The notes under the pieces: model-generated
Told to the model about the DNA's origin: nothing
The model's database searches: none
Seen by the model: the letters and a program-made list of their open reading frames with translations, nothing else
Source: Bacilli bacterium
GTDB taxonomy: Bacteria; Bacillota_I; Bacilli_A; ML615J-28; CAG-313
Direction: 5' to 3'
Assembly: GCA_045119035.1 (NCBI GenBank)
Contig: JBGVCU010000037.1
Coordinates: forward strand, 3,301 to 67,300
Length of the DNA stretch: 64,000 nucleotides
Program-made: the position numbers and the translations under genes
Part shown: in pieces, positions 45,086-54,505 of the stretch
Position numbering within the stretch: position 1 is the stretch's first letter
How the letters are laid out: each line of letters starts with the position of its first letter

Positions 45086-46345
45086 ATGAATGATGTTGCT
45101 ATCATTGGTGGCGGAGCATCTGGATTATTTTGTGCAATCTATATTAAACATCTACTAAATAAATTAGATATTAATAATACAAATATCACAATCTATGAAA
45201 GATTAGAAAAAACTGGTAAGAAATTACTTGCTACTGGTAATGGAAAATGTAATTTTTCAAATAAACATACATCTAAAGAAAAATATAATAATCCCGAATT
45301 TGTAGAACCTCTACTTAAGAAATTTAACTATAAACACTTAAAAGAATTTCTTGAAGAGTTAGGATTATATACAGTTATTGATTCTGAAGGAAGAGCTTAT
45401 CCACAAAGTGAAACAGCTAATTCTGTTCTTGATATTTTAAGAACAAAAATTAAAATTGAAGGTATTACAGAAAGTTGTAATACAGATATTAAAAAAATAA
45501 CTTATTTAAATGGTAAATATATTTTAGAAACAAACCGCAATCAAAAGATGCAAGCCGACTATTTAGTTATGGCAACTGGTGGTAAAGCATGTCCAATTCA
45601 TGGTTCAAATGGTTCAGGTTATGTTTTATTAAAACCATTCAAACATAAAATAGTTGATCCTCGTCCTGGACTTGTCAGTATTAAAACAGATCCTAATCAA
45701 GTAAAAAGTCTTGCTGGAATTCGTGTAAAAGCTAATGTATTAGTTTATGATAAAAAGAAAAAATCAGTTGTTTGGCAAGAAGCTGGTGAAGTTTTATTTA
45801 AACCTGATGGTTTAAGTGGAATTGTTATGATGCAGGCTTCTACTTTTATGCAAAGAAACAACGGTTCATATAAAATCTATTTAGACTTATGTCCAAATTA
45901 TACAGAAGAAGCTATTGTTTTAGATTTAACGAAAAGATTTGAAATGTTTAAAGGTTTTGAAATTTCACAATTACTTACTGGTATGTTTAATAAAATGTTA
46001 AATTTAGCAATACTTAAAAAAGCAAAAATTGATTTATCAGGACATGTTTCAAAATTAACAAAAAAAGATATATTAAAAATTGCTAAAGTAATTAAAGAAT
46101 TTGAATTTGATTATGATGGTACTTTTGATTTTGATAAAGCTCAAGTAACAATTGGTGGAGTTGATTTAACTGAAGTAAATCGTTTAACTCTTGAAAGTAA
46201 AAAATCAGATAATTTATATATTATAGGTGAGTTATTAGATATTGATGGAGAATGCGGTGGTTTTAATTTACAGTGGGCATTTACATCAGGAGTTATTGCT
46301 GCTTTAAATATTGCTGAAAAAATAAAGAGTTTTGAAAATGATTAA
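45086..46345 (+). CDS. HI0933/YtfP-family FAD-dependent flavoprotein
   Basis: Dinucleotide-binding VAIIGGGASGLFCA; TGNGKCNFSN motif; ATG at 45086 follows RBS GAGGAGGG. Confidence 0.65.
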   Translation: MNDVAIIGGGASGLFCAIYIKHLLNKLDINNTNITIYERLEKTGKKLLATGNGKCNFSNKHTSKEKYNNPEFVEPLLKKFNYKHLKEFLEELGLYTVIDSEGRAYPQSETANSVLDILRTKIKIEGITESCNTDIKKITYLNGKYILETNRNQKMQADYLVMATGGKACPIHGSNGSGYVLLKPFKHKIVDPRPGLVSIKTDPNQVKSLAGIRVKANVLVYDKKKKSVVWQEAGEVLFKPDGLSGIVMMQASTFMQRNNGSYKIYLDLCPNYTEEAIVLDLTKRFEMFKGFEISQLLTGMFNKMLNLAILKKAKIDLSGHVSKLTKKDILKIAKVIKEFEFDYDGTFDFDKAQVTIGGVDLTEVNRLTLESKKSDNLYIIGELLDIDGECGGFNLQWAFTSGVIAALNIAEKIKSFEND

Positions 46346-47900
46346 AATCGGTAATATTCAAATTAAAGTAAGTAAAAAATTTTCAAATAATGAACTTTTA
46401 GATCTTGGTGTAAAAAAAATTTCTAAAAGATATCATATAAAGCCTCAAGATATAAAACAACCTCAGATAATAAGAAAAAGCATTGATGCTAGATTTGATG
46501 TATGCTATTCTTTAACTCTTGCGTTTAATACTATAAATGAAGATAAACTTCTTAAAAAATATTCTGAGTTTAGTAAGTACAAAAAAGAAGAAATTATTAT
46601 AAATAAAACAAATACACCTCAAGATATTATTATAATTGGTGCTGGTCCAAGTGGTTTATTTAGTGCATTAGTACTTGCAGAAGCAGGACATAATGTAACC
46701 ATTATTGAACAAGGTGAACCAGTAGAAGAAAGATCGATTACAGTTAATAATTTCTTTAAAACAGGTAATTTAAATCCTTATTCAAATATTCAATTTGGAG
46801 AAGGAGGAGCTGGAACATTTTCTGATGGTAAATTAAACACTAATGTTAACACAATTTATAACCAATATGTCTTAGAAAAGTTTGTATCATTTGGTGCATC
46901 AAGCGAGATTTTAATTGATACAAAACCACATATTGGAACAGATGTTTTAAAAGAATGTTTAAAGAATCTAAGAAAACATTTAGAAAGCTTAAATGTAAAG
47001 ATATTTTTTAATCATAAATTCATTGATTATTCTACAGATAAACTGGTACATATAAAAGTACTTAATGTAATAAATAATGATATACTTGAATTTACAAGTA
47101 ATAAATTAATATTAGCAATCGGACATTCTGCTAAAGATACATATTGTTTATTAAATAAGTCTTTAATACTTGAACCTAAACCATTTTCAATGGGAGTAAG
47201 AATTGAACATTTACAAGAAGTATTAAATGAAAGTTTACATAAAGAAGCAAAAGATTATTTACCTGCTGCAAGCTATAAACTTGTAGAACATTTAGATAAT
47301 GGAAGAACAATATATAGTTTCTGTATGTGCCCTGGAGGAGAAGTGGTAAATGCTTCTTCAGAACCAAATCACTTAGTGGTTAATGGGATGAGTTATTCTA
47401 GTCGCAGTGGTAAATACGCAAATTCAGCAATGCTTGTAAATATTGAGGTAAATGATTATTTTAAAGATAGTCCACTTGATGGATTATATTTCCAGGAAAA
47501 ATATGAAAAATTAGCATATAATTTGCTTAATGGTAAAGTTCCTGTTCAACATTATGATGATTTTTGTAATAACGAAAAATCAACAAAATTATTGAATGGA
47601 ACGTCATTAAATTGCCAATATGATTTTGCAAATATTAAAGATTGCTTACCTGAATATGTTAGTTTATCATTAATTGAAGGAATAAAAAGTTTTGAAAAGA
47701 AAATAAAGAATTTCAGTAATAACCCATTATTAATTGGTTTAGAATCAAGAAGTTCTTCCCCAATCAGAATTAAAAGAAATGATGATTTTAAATCATCAAA
47801 TCCATTAATATATCCAATCGGAGAAGGGGCTGGATATAGTGGTGGAATTATTACATCTTGTATAGATGGAATTAAATGTGCTTTAAAAATTAATGAATAA
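46332..47900 (+). CDS. FAD-dependent protein (COG2509-like)
   Basis: Internal Rossmann IIIIGAGPSGLFSAL; 522 aa; overlaps the upstream gene. Confidence 0.55.
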   Translation: MKMIKIGNIQIKVSKKFSNNELLDLGVKKISKRYHIKPQDIKQPQIIRKSIDARFDVCYSLTLAFNTINEDKLLKKYSEFSKYKKEEIIINKTNTPQDIIIIGAGPSGLFSALVLAEAGHNVTIIEQGEPVEERSITVNNFFKTGNLNPYSNIQFGEGGAGTFSDGKLNTNVNTIYNQYVLEKFVSFGASSEILIDTKPHIGTDVLKECLKNLRKHLESLNVKIFFNHKFIDYSTDKLVHIKVLNVINNDILEFTSNKLILAIGHSAKDTYCLLNKSLILEPKPFSMGVRIEHLQEVLNESLHKEAKDYLPAASYKLVEHLDNGRTIYSFCMCPGGEVVNASSEPNHLVVNGMSYSSRSGKYANSAMLVNIEVNDYFKDSPLDGLYFQEKYEKLAYNLLNGKVPVQHYDDFCNNEKSTKLLNGTSLNCQYDFANIKDCLPEYVSLSLIEGIKSFEKKIKNFSNNPLLIGLESRSSSPIRIKRNDDFKSSNPLIYPIGEGAGYSGGIITSCIDGIKCALKINE

Positions 47901-47911
47901 AGGTAATGTTT

Positions 47912-48931
47912 ATGCAAATTAATAAAGAGACAGTTAATTTTATAACAGACTCATTTGATGAACTTACTACGTTATATTATAATTATTATAATAATTTAAA
48001 TTTAGAAAACGTAAGTGAATCAAAAGATAATGTTATAAGAGTATCATATTTAGAAGCATTAACAAACGTACTTAACTTATATATGGATTCAGAAGAAATA
48101 GAAGTAGATGATAAGAATCAACAAAGAGTAAACGAATTAGTTGATGAAATTGATAACTTATTTTCTACATATACAGTAAATTCTGAAGAAATCAGAAAAG
48201 CAATGTTATTACTTAATATCAAAGGATTTAAACATGTTAATTTCTCTTTAGATATTATTACACCTGATGCTGTTTGTATGGTTTTAGTACATTTAGTAAA
48301 TGCAATATTTGATCAAACTAAACAATTAAATATTATAGATCCAAACTGTGGTACAGGTAATTTAATAGCAATGTTAAATAACTTTTTACCAAATGAAGTG
48401 AATTTCGTAGGAATTGATAGTCATCAAATTTTAACTAATTTATTCTCTACACAAGCAAACTTTATGGAAATGGCTGTACAAGTATATTATCAGGATGCAC
48501 TTCAAGATTCTTTTGAAGATTTTGATATATTAGTTACTGATGTTGCTACATACGAATATGATATTAAAAATTATAAATCTCATCTTGCTAATAAAGGTAT
48601 TAAATATTTCCCATATTTATTAATTGAAAAATATTTGTCATCACCAAATCCTATTCAAAAACAAATTTATCTAATTGATAATGATTTCTTTGAACAAGAT
48701 GGAAGTAATGAATTTAAAAATTTTATAAAAGATAAAGCAATTATTAAACAATTAATAGCTTTACCAAATACAATGTTTCAAGAAGAAAATTTTACAAGAG
48801 GAATTCTAGTATTAGAATTATTAAATGATGAAAATATTCATCAAAAGACTGGTATTTATATGTTACCAAGTTTCACTGAAACTGATAAATTAAATCAAGT
48901 CTTACAAGAAATAAAAAAAGATTTAAAATAG
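47912..48931 (+). CDS. class I SAM-dependent methyltransferase (YtxK-like, N6-adenine MTase fold)
   Basis: SAM-binding IIDPNCGTGNLIAML; sits upstream of ackA as ytxK does in B. subtilis; probable start at the second ATG (spacing to AAAGG). Confidence 0.5.
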   Translation: MQINKETVNFITDSFDELTTLYYNYYNNLNLENVSESKDNVIRVSYLEALTNVLNLYMDSEEIEVDDKNQQRVNELVDEIDNLFSTYTVNSEEIRKAMLLLNIKGFKHVNFSLDIITPDAVCMVLVHLVNAIFDQTKQLNIIDPNCGTGNLIAMLNNFLPNEVNFVGIDSHQILTNLFSTQANFMEMAVQVYYQDALQDSFEDFDILVTDVATYEYDIKNYKSHLANKGIKYFPYLLIEKYLSSPNPIQKQIYLIDNDFFEQDGSNEFKNFIKDKAIIKQLIALPNTMFQEENFTRGILVLELLNDENIHQKTGIYMLPSFTETDKLNQVLQEIKKDLK

Positions 48932-48952
48932 AATAAAAGGAGAAAAAGAATT

Positions 48953-50152
48953 ATGGAAAAAATTATGGCAGTAAATGCAGGTAGTTCATCATTAAAATTT
49001 CAAATTTTAGAAATGCCAGCAGAAACAGTATTAACAGAAGGACTTGTTGAAAAAATTGGTTTAAGTGATCCAGGTATGGTAATTAAATACTATGTTGATG
49101 GAAAACTAGTAAAAGAAGCAATTAGTTTAGATATTCAAAATCACGCTGATGCTGTTAAAGTTGTATTAGATACTTTACTTGCAAAAAATATATTAAAAAG
49201 CTTAGATGAATTAACAGGTGTTGGTCACCGTGTACTTCATGGTGGTATGAAATTTATTGACTCTGTTTTAATTGATGAAAAGAACTTAGAAGATATTATT
49301 TCTTTATTCCCTTTAGGTCCTTTACATATGCCAGCAAACGTAACTGGAATTAAAGCATGTCAAAAAGTACTTCCAAACGTACCTCAAGTTGCTGTATTTG
49401 ATACATCATTCCACCAAACAATGCCAGCAGAATCATATATGTATGCTGTACCTTGGGAATGGTATGAAAAATATCAAGTACGTCGTTATGGATTCCACGG
49501 AACATCTCATAAATACGTATCAATGGAAGCTGCAAAATACTTAGGTAAAAAACCTGAAGAATTACGTTTAGTAACAGTTCATATTGGAAATGGTGCTTCA
49601 CTTGCTGCAGTTAAATATGGTAAATGTGTTGATACTTCAATGGGTCTTACACCTCTTGCAGGAATTCCTATGGGAACAAGAAGTGGAGATATTGATCCAG
49701 CTGTTGTAGAATTTATCTGTGAACAAACTGGAATGAATGTTAAAGAAGTTACAAATGCATTAAATAAAAAATCTGGATATACTGGTGTATATGGCGGATC
49801 AAGTGATGCAAGAGATTTAAGAGATGCTCAAGAAGCTGGAGATGCAAGAGCTGATTTAGTTATTCAAATGCAAAATAAAGGTATTTGTGATTACATTTCT
49901 CGTTACTATGGATACATGGGAGGAATTGATGCAATTATCTTTACAGCAGGTATTGGAGAAAAATCACCTCAAACAAGAGAAGAAGTTTGTGATAGATTAG
50001 CTGAACCATTTGGTGTAGCAATTGATAAAGAAAAGAATTTAATTAAAGGTGAATTCTTAGATTTAACAGCTCCTGGATCAAAAATTAAAGTCTTAGTTGT
50101 TCCAACAAACGAAGAATTAATGATCGCAAGAGATGTAATGAGATTAAAATAA
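48953..50152 (+). CDS. ackA: acetate kinase
   Basis: 399 aa; AVNAGSSSLKFQ, HLGNG-type and VHIGNGAS motifs. Confidence 0.95.
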   Translation: MEKIMAVNAGSSSLKFQILEMPAETVLTEGLVEKIGLSDPGMVIKYYVDGKLVKEAISLDIQNHADAVKVVLDTLLAKNILKSLDELTGVGHRVLHGGMKFIDSVLIDEKNLEDIISLFPLGPLHMPANVTGIKACQKVLPNVPQVAVFDTSFHQTMPAESYMYAVPWEWYEKYQVRRYGFHGTSHKYVSMEAAKYLGKKPEELRLVTVHIGNGASLAAVKYGKCVDTSMGLTPLAGIPMGTRSGDIDPAVVEFICEQTGMNVKEVTNALNKKSGYTGVYGGSSDARDLRDAQEAGDARADLVIQMQNKGICDYISRYYGYMGGIDAIIFTAGIGEKSPQTREEVCDRLAEPFGVAIDKEKNLIKGEFLDLTAPGSKIKVLVVPTNEELMIARDVMRLK

Positions 50153-50168
50153 TTTAAATTGAAAAAAA

Positions 50169-50215
50169 TAAACTTAACTAGTTAATTTTAGTGATTAATT
50201 AGTTAAGTTTTTTTA
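50169..50215 (+). terminator. terminator after ackA (long hairpin)
   Basis: AAACTTAACTAGTTAAT…ATTAATTAGTTAAGTTT + T-run, one mismatch. Confidence 0.75.
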
Positions 50216-50274
50216 TTTATTTGGAAAAACAAATTTTTTCATTTTACTCGTAGTATTAGGCAAGAGGTGATGAA

Positions 50275-52215
50275 ATGAAAAAATTAATTAATTTATTTTA
50301 TTTAGTAACATTATTATTTACAAATAATGTTACAGAAAATGTAACTGATAAGTCTATACTTACAAAACCATTAATCTGTATAGAAGGAACTAACTATGAA
50401 AATTATTTATTTTATGAGGGGTATGAAATAATTGAAAATAACGTAAATTTCAATATGCCAGGTAAATATCATGTTACATATCAATCAAAAGATGATCAAA
50501 AATTTGTAAAAAATGTTGATGTGATTTCCAAAGACAATTTAAATAACTTATCATATTATCAAATAACAAAACAAAACTATGATAATAATAATGATTACTA
50601 TGATGAAGGTTTAATGACAAAACTAATAGATAATGAATATTCATACTATGTTATTAGCTATTTTGATAGAGATAATGAAGCTAGTACAGAATATTTAGAT
50701 ATTTATTATAATAATACATTAATTAAACAAACAACTATTTCAACTGATCAAGAATTAAAAATTACAAAGATTCTTAAAACAAATACTAACTTATATTTAG
50801 TAGGTACAAAAAAGCATAACAATTCTTCTTATGATATATATGTTTCAGAATATAGTTTAATTGGTGAATTTGTAAGAGATTTCTATATTCATGGTAATAA
50901 TTACGATGAAGTAAAAGATGCAATCATTGTAGATGATTATATGTATATTACTGGAGTATCTTCATCAAATGATGGTTATTTTCATGGTGGAATTGATAAT
51001 GATGTATTTTTATTTAAAGTAGATTTTAAATTAGGAATAATTAGAAAATCATATAATTCTAATACAATAGGTTCTGAAACAGTAACAAATTTGGTTTATT
51101 TTGAAGACGCATTATATTATGGCTATTCATATCTTAAAAATGGCTATAAAAATTGTGTGGTAAGAAAAATCAATTTAAATCTTGAAACAATTCAAGAACT
51201 AGATTATGGTTATAGAATAGGTATTGATATTAGTAAACTTGCAACTGATGATTATAACTTATATATTTTAATGTCATATCATGATTATGATTTGAAAAGA
51301 AATATATCTGTTTTAAATGTTGTAAGTAGCAATTTAACATATGTAAACCAATTTATATATAAATTTATCGATTATTCATTTGTTAAACCAATTGATTTAG
51401 TTATTAACAAAGACAATATTATAAGTTTATTATTTCAAGTAAATACTGTAAATTATATTCCTGGATATTCTCTTATTAAACTTAAAGATAACAAGGAAAT
51501 TTTAAATGTTATCAAGTGTGAAAACAACTATCCAGTTAAATTTAAAGATAATAATGGGAATACTATATATACAAAAGTGAAAAATAAACTTATTGAAGAA
51601 AAAGTAAATAGTGTTTTAGTATTTGATTTTGGTCCAGATATTATTGACAATGAAAGTAGTGTAAATGATTATTTGATATATATTAATTCAAAAAAAGTCG
51701 TACATGATAATAAATTATCAAAAATATCATATGACTTAGATAATTTCGGATCATATAATTTATTATATTATTTTAAAACACAAGATGTTGATTTTATTTA
51801 TACAAAAAATTATTACATTAAAGAAAATACTAATATAGTAAACAATGAAACATATGATAAAGACTTTAGACTTTATTTTAATGGTACAGCCTATTTAAAT
51901 GGAGAACTAATTGATAATGGCTTTAAGGTAACTGAAGTGGGTAAATACACTTTAGATTTAATTGGTAAAGATGGTATTCAGAAAAAATATAGTTTTTTTA
52001 TTGAAGATAATTCACTTAAAAATAAAGATATTACAGATAATAAAACAGTTAGTATAAAAGAAAACAATATTAATACTCAAGAAACAGATATTAATATAGG
52101 TGTTAACCAAATACCATACGAACAAAAAGAAGATTTTATTAATAAAGATTATTTAATGTTAATTCCTGTTATCATCTTTACAGCCACACTTCTTTGTTTA
52201 TTTAAAATAAAATAG
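50275..52215 (+). CDS. hypothetical type-I membrane/surface protein (signal peptide + C-terminal TM anchor)
   Basis: 646 aa; Asn/Tyr-rich; shares a C-terminal ~50-aa module (FNG.AYLNGE.I.NG…G.Y.L.L) and TM anchor with the downstream paralog. Confidence 0.4.
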   Translation: MKKLINLFYLVTLLFTNNVTENVTDKSILTKPLICIEGTNYENYLFYEGYEIIENNVNFNMPGKYHVTYQSKDDQKFVKNVDVISKDNLNNLSYYQITKQNYDNNNDYYDEGLMTKLIDNEYSYYVISYFDRDNEASTEYLDIYYNNTLIKQTTISTDQELKITKILKTNTNLYLVGTKKHNNSSYDIYVSEYSLIGEFVRDFYIHGNNYDEVKDAIIVDDYMYITGVSSSNDGYFHGGIDNDVFLFKVDFKLGIIRKSYNSNTIGSETVTNLVYFEDALYYGYSYLKNGYKNCVVRKINLNLETIQELDYGYRIGIDISKLATDDYNLYILMSYHDYDLKRNISVLNVVSSNLTYVNQFIYKFIDYSFVKPIDLVINKDNIISLLFQVNTVNYIPGYSLIKLKDNKEILNVIKCENNYPVKFKDNNGNTIYTKVKNKLIEEKVNSVLVFDFGPDIIDNESSVNDYLIYINSKKVVHDNKLSKISYDLDNFGSYNLLYYFKTQDVDFIYTKNYYIKENTNIVNNETYDKDFRLYFNGTAYLNGELIDNGFKVTEVGKYTLDLIGKDGIQKKYSFFIEDNSLKNKDITDNKTVSIKENNINTQETDINIGVNQIPYEQKEDFINKDYLMLIPVIIFTATLLCLFKIK

Positions 52216-52223
52216 GTGATGAT

Positions 52224-54434
52224 ATGAGTATTTATTTTAAATGTCTTAAACTACTAATTTTAATTTCATTAATATGGGCCCTTGGAATATTTACAATTAA
52301 ACTTCAACTAAAAGCAAATAATGAAAATAACTTCAATGTTACAATAGATGATGAAGTAGAGTATGTCTTAGAAGAAAAAGTAAATAAAATCTTAACGAAT
52401 AAAAATTATACAATATACATAACTAACAAAAATTCATATCTATATGAAGAAGAATATATAAATTCTTTTAATGACTTGATTGTAGATTTTGAAGTTAGTG
52501 AATGTGTATATTTAATCACTGAAAATAAATTACTTAAATATAACTATAAATCAGTTAAAGAAATAACTTTTGAAAATGTTACTTTAAACGATATATTTAT
52601 AGATAATAAATATATCTACTTATGTGGATCAAAAAATAATGATTCAGTTTTTTATAAGTTAAATCAAAATTTAGATATACTTGATGAAATAGTGCTTGGA
52701 GGAGATAAATTTGAAACATTTATTAATATATATGTTTATAATAATGTTTACTACTTAGTTGGTCAAAAAGACAGTATTTCTAATAATAGTCCATTTAAAA
52801 ATGTAGGTAAACCTGATACTTCTAAAATTTTTATGATAATGTATTATGAAGATATTATTAATGAAGTTTATTTTAATACAACTACGTTATCTGAAAATCT
52901 AATAGATGTAATATTTAAAGACTATATTTATTTGTTACTAGATTCAAAAGAGATATTTAAATTAGATTATAATTTTAATGTTATACCTACTAAACAACTT
53001 GAATATGATTTTGATCATATTTTCGTGGATATAAATTGCGATGTAGCTACTTATAAAATAAATAACAATAGTTTATTTATAAATAATTTATTAGTGAAAG
53101 AATTTGATTCATCTATTTTATATTTTGATACAGCTATTAGTCCTATAGTTTATTGTATTGAAAATAGCAAAATATCTAAATATAATTTATTTATATATCA
53201 AATAATTAAAAACGAAGAACTTGTTTTAACAAAAGATAATTTTGACTATAATACATTAAATAACTTAGAAATATATTCTCCATTTGAAAAACTTGAAAAA
53301 AGACTTCTAGAAAGTTCTATTTTAAATAAACAAGTTCACGGTACATATAATGTTTCTTATCAAATTAGAAGATCTAATAATAAATCATTTAATCTTGATG
53401 GAAAATTAACAATAAAGCCTTATATTAATATCATTAATAATGGTATATATAAAATTGGGAAAACATTATCTTTTTTTGGAAAAGCATATCTTAATGAAGT
53501 AGAAATCTTTAATGGACATGTATTAAGTGAAGAAGGAAATTATAAGTTAAAACTTTTTGATAATAATTTAAATCAAACAACTTACGAATTTAGTGTTATT
53601 GATAACTATTATAAAGATTGTGAAATAGTAGAATATAAAACAGATTATGAAATCTTTCAAAATGATGTTGTTAGAATCTCACTTTTTATAAATAATTTTT
53701 CTAGTGAACAAATTAAAGAAATTATTGTTAATGATAATATTTATACAAATTATGAAGTAATTGAAAACGAAATAATCATTTATTTATATCCAAAAAATTA
53801 TTATGATATATCTAATTATTATTTAGATAAGATAATTTTAGAAAATAATGAAGAAGTTCTAATTAATAAAAATATTACAATTAAAACATTAAAAACAAAT
53901 CCAATTGTAACACTAAATCAATCAATGGATAATAATAACATAATATTAGACTATGAAATTAGTGATTCTGATAAATCGATTATGTATTTAGAAACAAATA
54001 TTTATTATAATGAAGAAAAATTTCAAACTATTGTTAACTATTTTAATAATGATGAAAATTTTATTTTAAACAATCTACCAAAAGAAAATTTAAAAATAGA
54101 ACATTTATTAATATATCACACCGGAAAAAACAAAAAAACACTAAAACTAGCTGAATATAATATCGAGAAATTAAGAAAAGAAAATTTATTTGAGTTAACA
54201 TATTTAGTTGATTCAAATTTAAATAAGGTAACTTTTAAATTAAATTATAAAAACTTAAAATTGACAAATTTACTTATTAATAATCAAAATATCCTAAATA
54301 ATATAAATATTCCAAATATTTTAAATAATTTATCAATTAATCATCTTGTTATTATTGGAAGTTTTATTGTGTTTAGTTTCAGTTTAATTATTCTTAAAAT
54401 TAAACGTAAAAGAAAAACAAAACAAACTGACTAA
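52224..54434 (+). CDS. hypothetical type-I membrane/surface protein, paralogous to the upstream gene
   Basis: 736 aa; N-terminal TM/signal; C-terminal TM anchor + KRKRKTK tail; same C-terminal module. Confidence 0.4.
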   Translation: MSIYFKCLKLLILISLIWALGIFTIKLQLKANNENNFNVTIDDEVEYVLEEKVNKILTNKNYTIYITNKNSYLYEEEYINSFNDLIVDFEVSECVYLITENKLLKYNYKSVKEITFENVTLNDIFIDNKYIYLCGSKNNDSVFYKLNQNLDILDEIVLGGDKFETFINIYVYNNVYYLVGQKDSISNNSPFKNVGKPDTSKIFMIMYYEDIINEVYFNTTTLSENLIDVIFKDYIYLLLDSKEIFKLDYNFNVIPTKQLEYDFDHIFVDINCDVATYKINNNSLFINNLLVKEFDSSILYFDTAISPIVYCIENSKISKYNLFIYQIIKNEELVLTKDNFDYNTLNNLEIYSPFEKLEKRLLESSILNKQVHGTYNVSYQIRRSNNKSFNLDGKLTIKPYINIINNGIYKIGKTLSFFGKAYLNEVEIFNGHVLSEEGNYKLKLFDNNLNQTTYEFSVIDNYYKDCEIVEYKTDYEIFQNDVVRISLFINNFSSEQIKEIIVNDNIYTNYEVIENEIIIYLYPKNYYDISNYYLDKIILENNEEVLINKNITIKTLKTNPIVTLNQSMDNNNIILDYEISDSDKSIMYLETNIYYNEEKFQTIVNYFNNDENFILNNLPKENLKIEHLLIYHTGKNKKTLKLAEYNIEKLRKENLFELTYLVDSNLNKVTFKLNYKNLKLTNLLINNQNILNNINIPNILNNLSINHLVIIGSFIVFSFSLIILKIKRKRKTKQTD

Positions 54435-54505
54435 ATTCATTGAAAAATAAGGGCATATATGATATAATAGTTAAAAGGTTTTTGGGTTAAAAAGTTGGTG
54501 ATATT

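Noticed and set aside
1500-47906. Track start codons at 1500, 18087, 35992, 38824, 44046 and 47906
   Set aside because: These are GTG/TTG/ATG codons lying inside or immediately abutting the Shine-Dalgarno sequence. A downstream ATG with proper 5-9-nt spacing gives the conserved N-terminus (e.g. YidD MARNKW, lipoprotein MKRIL…LLTSCGN).
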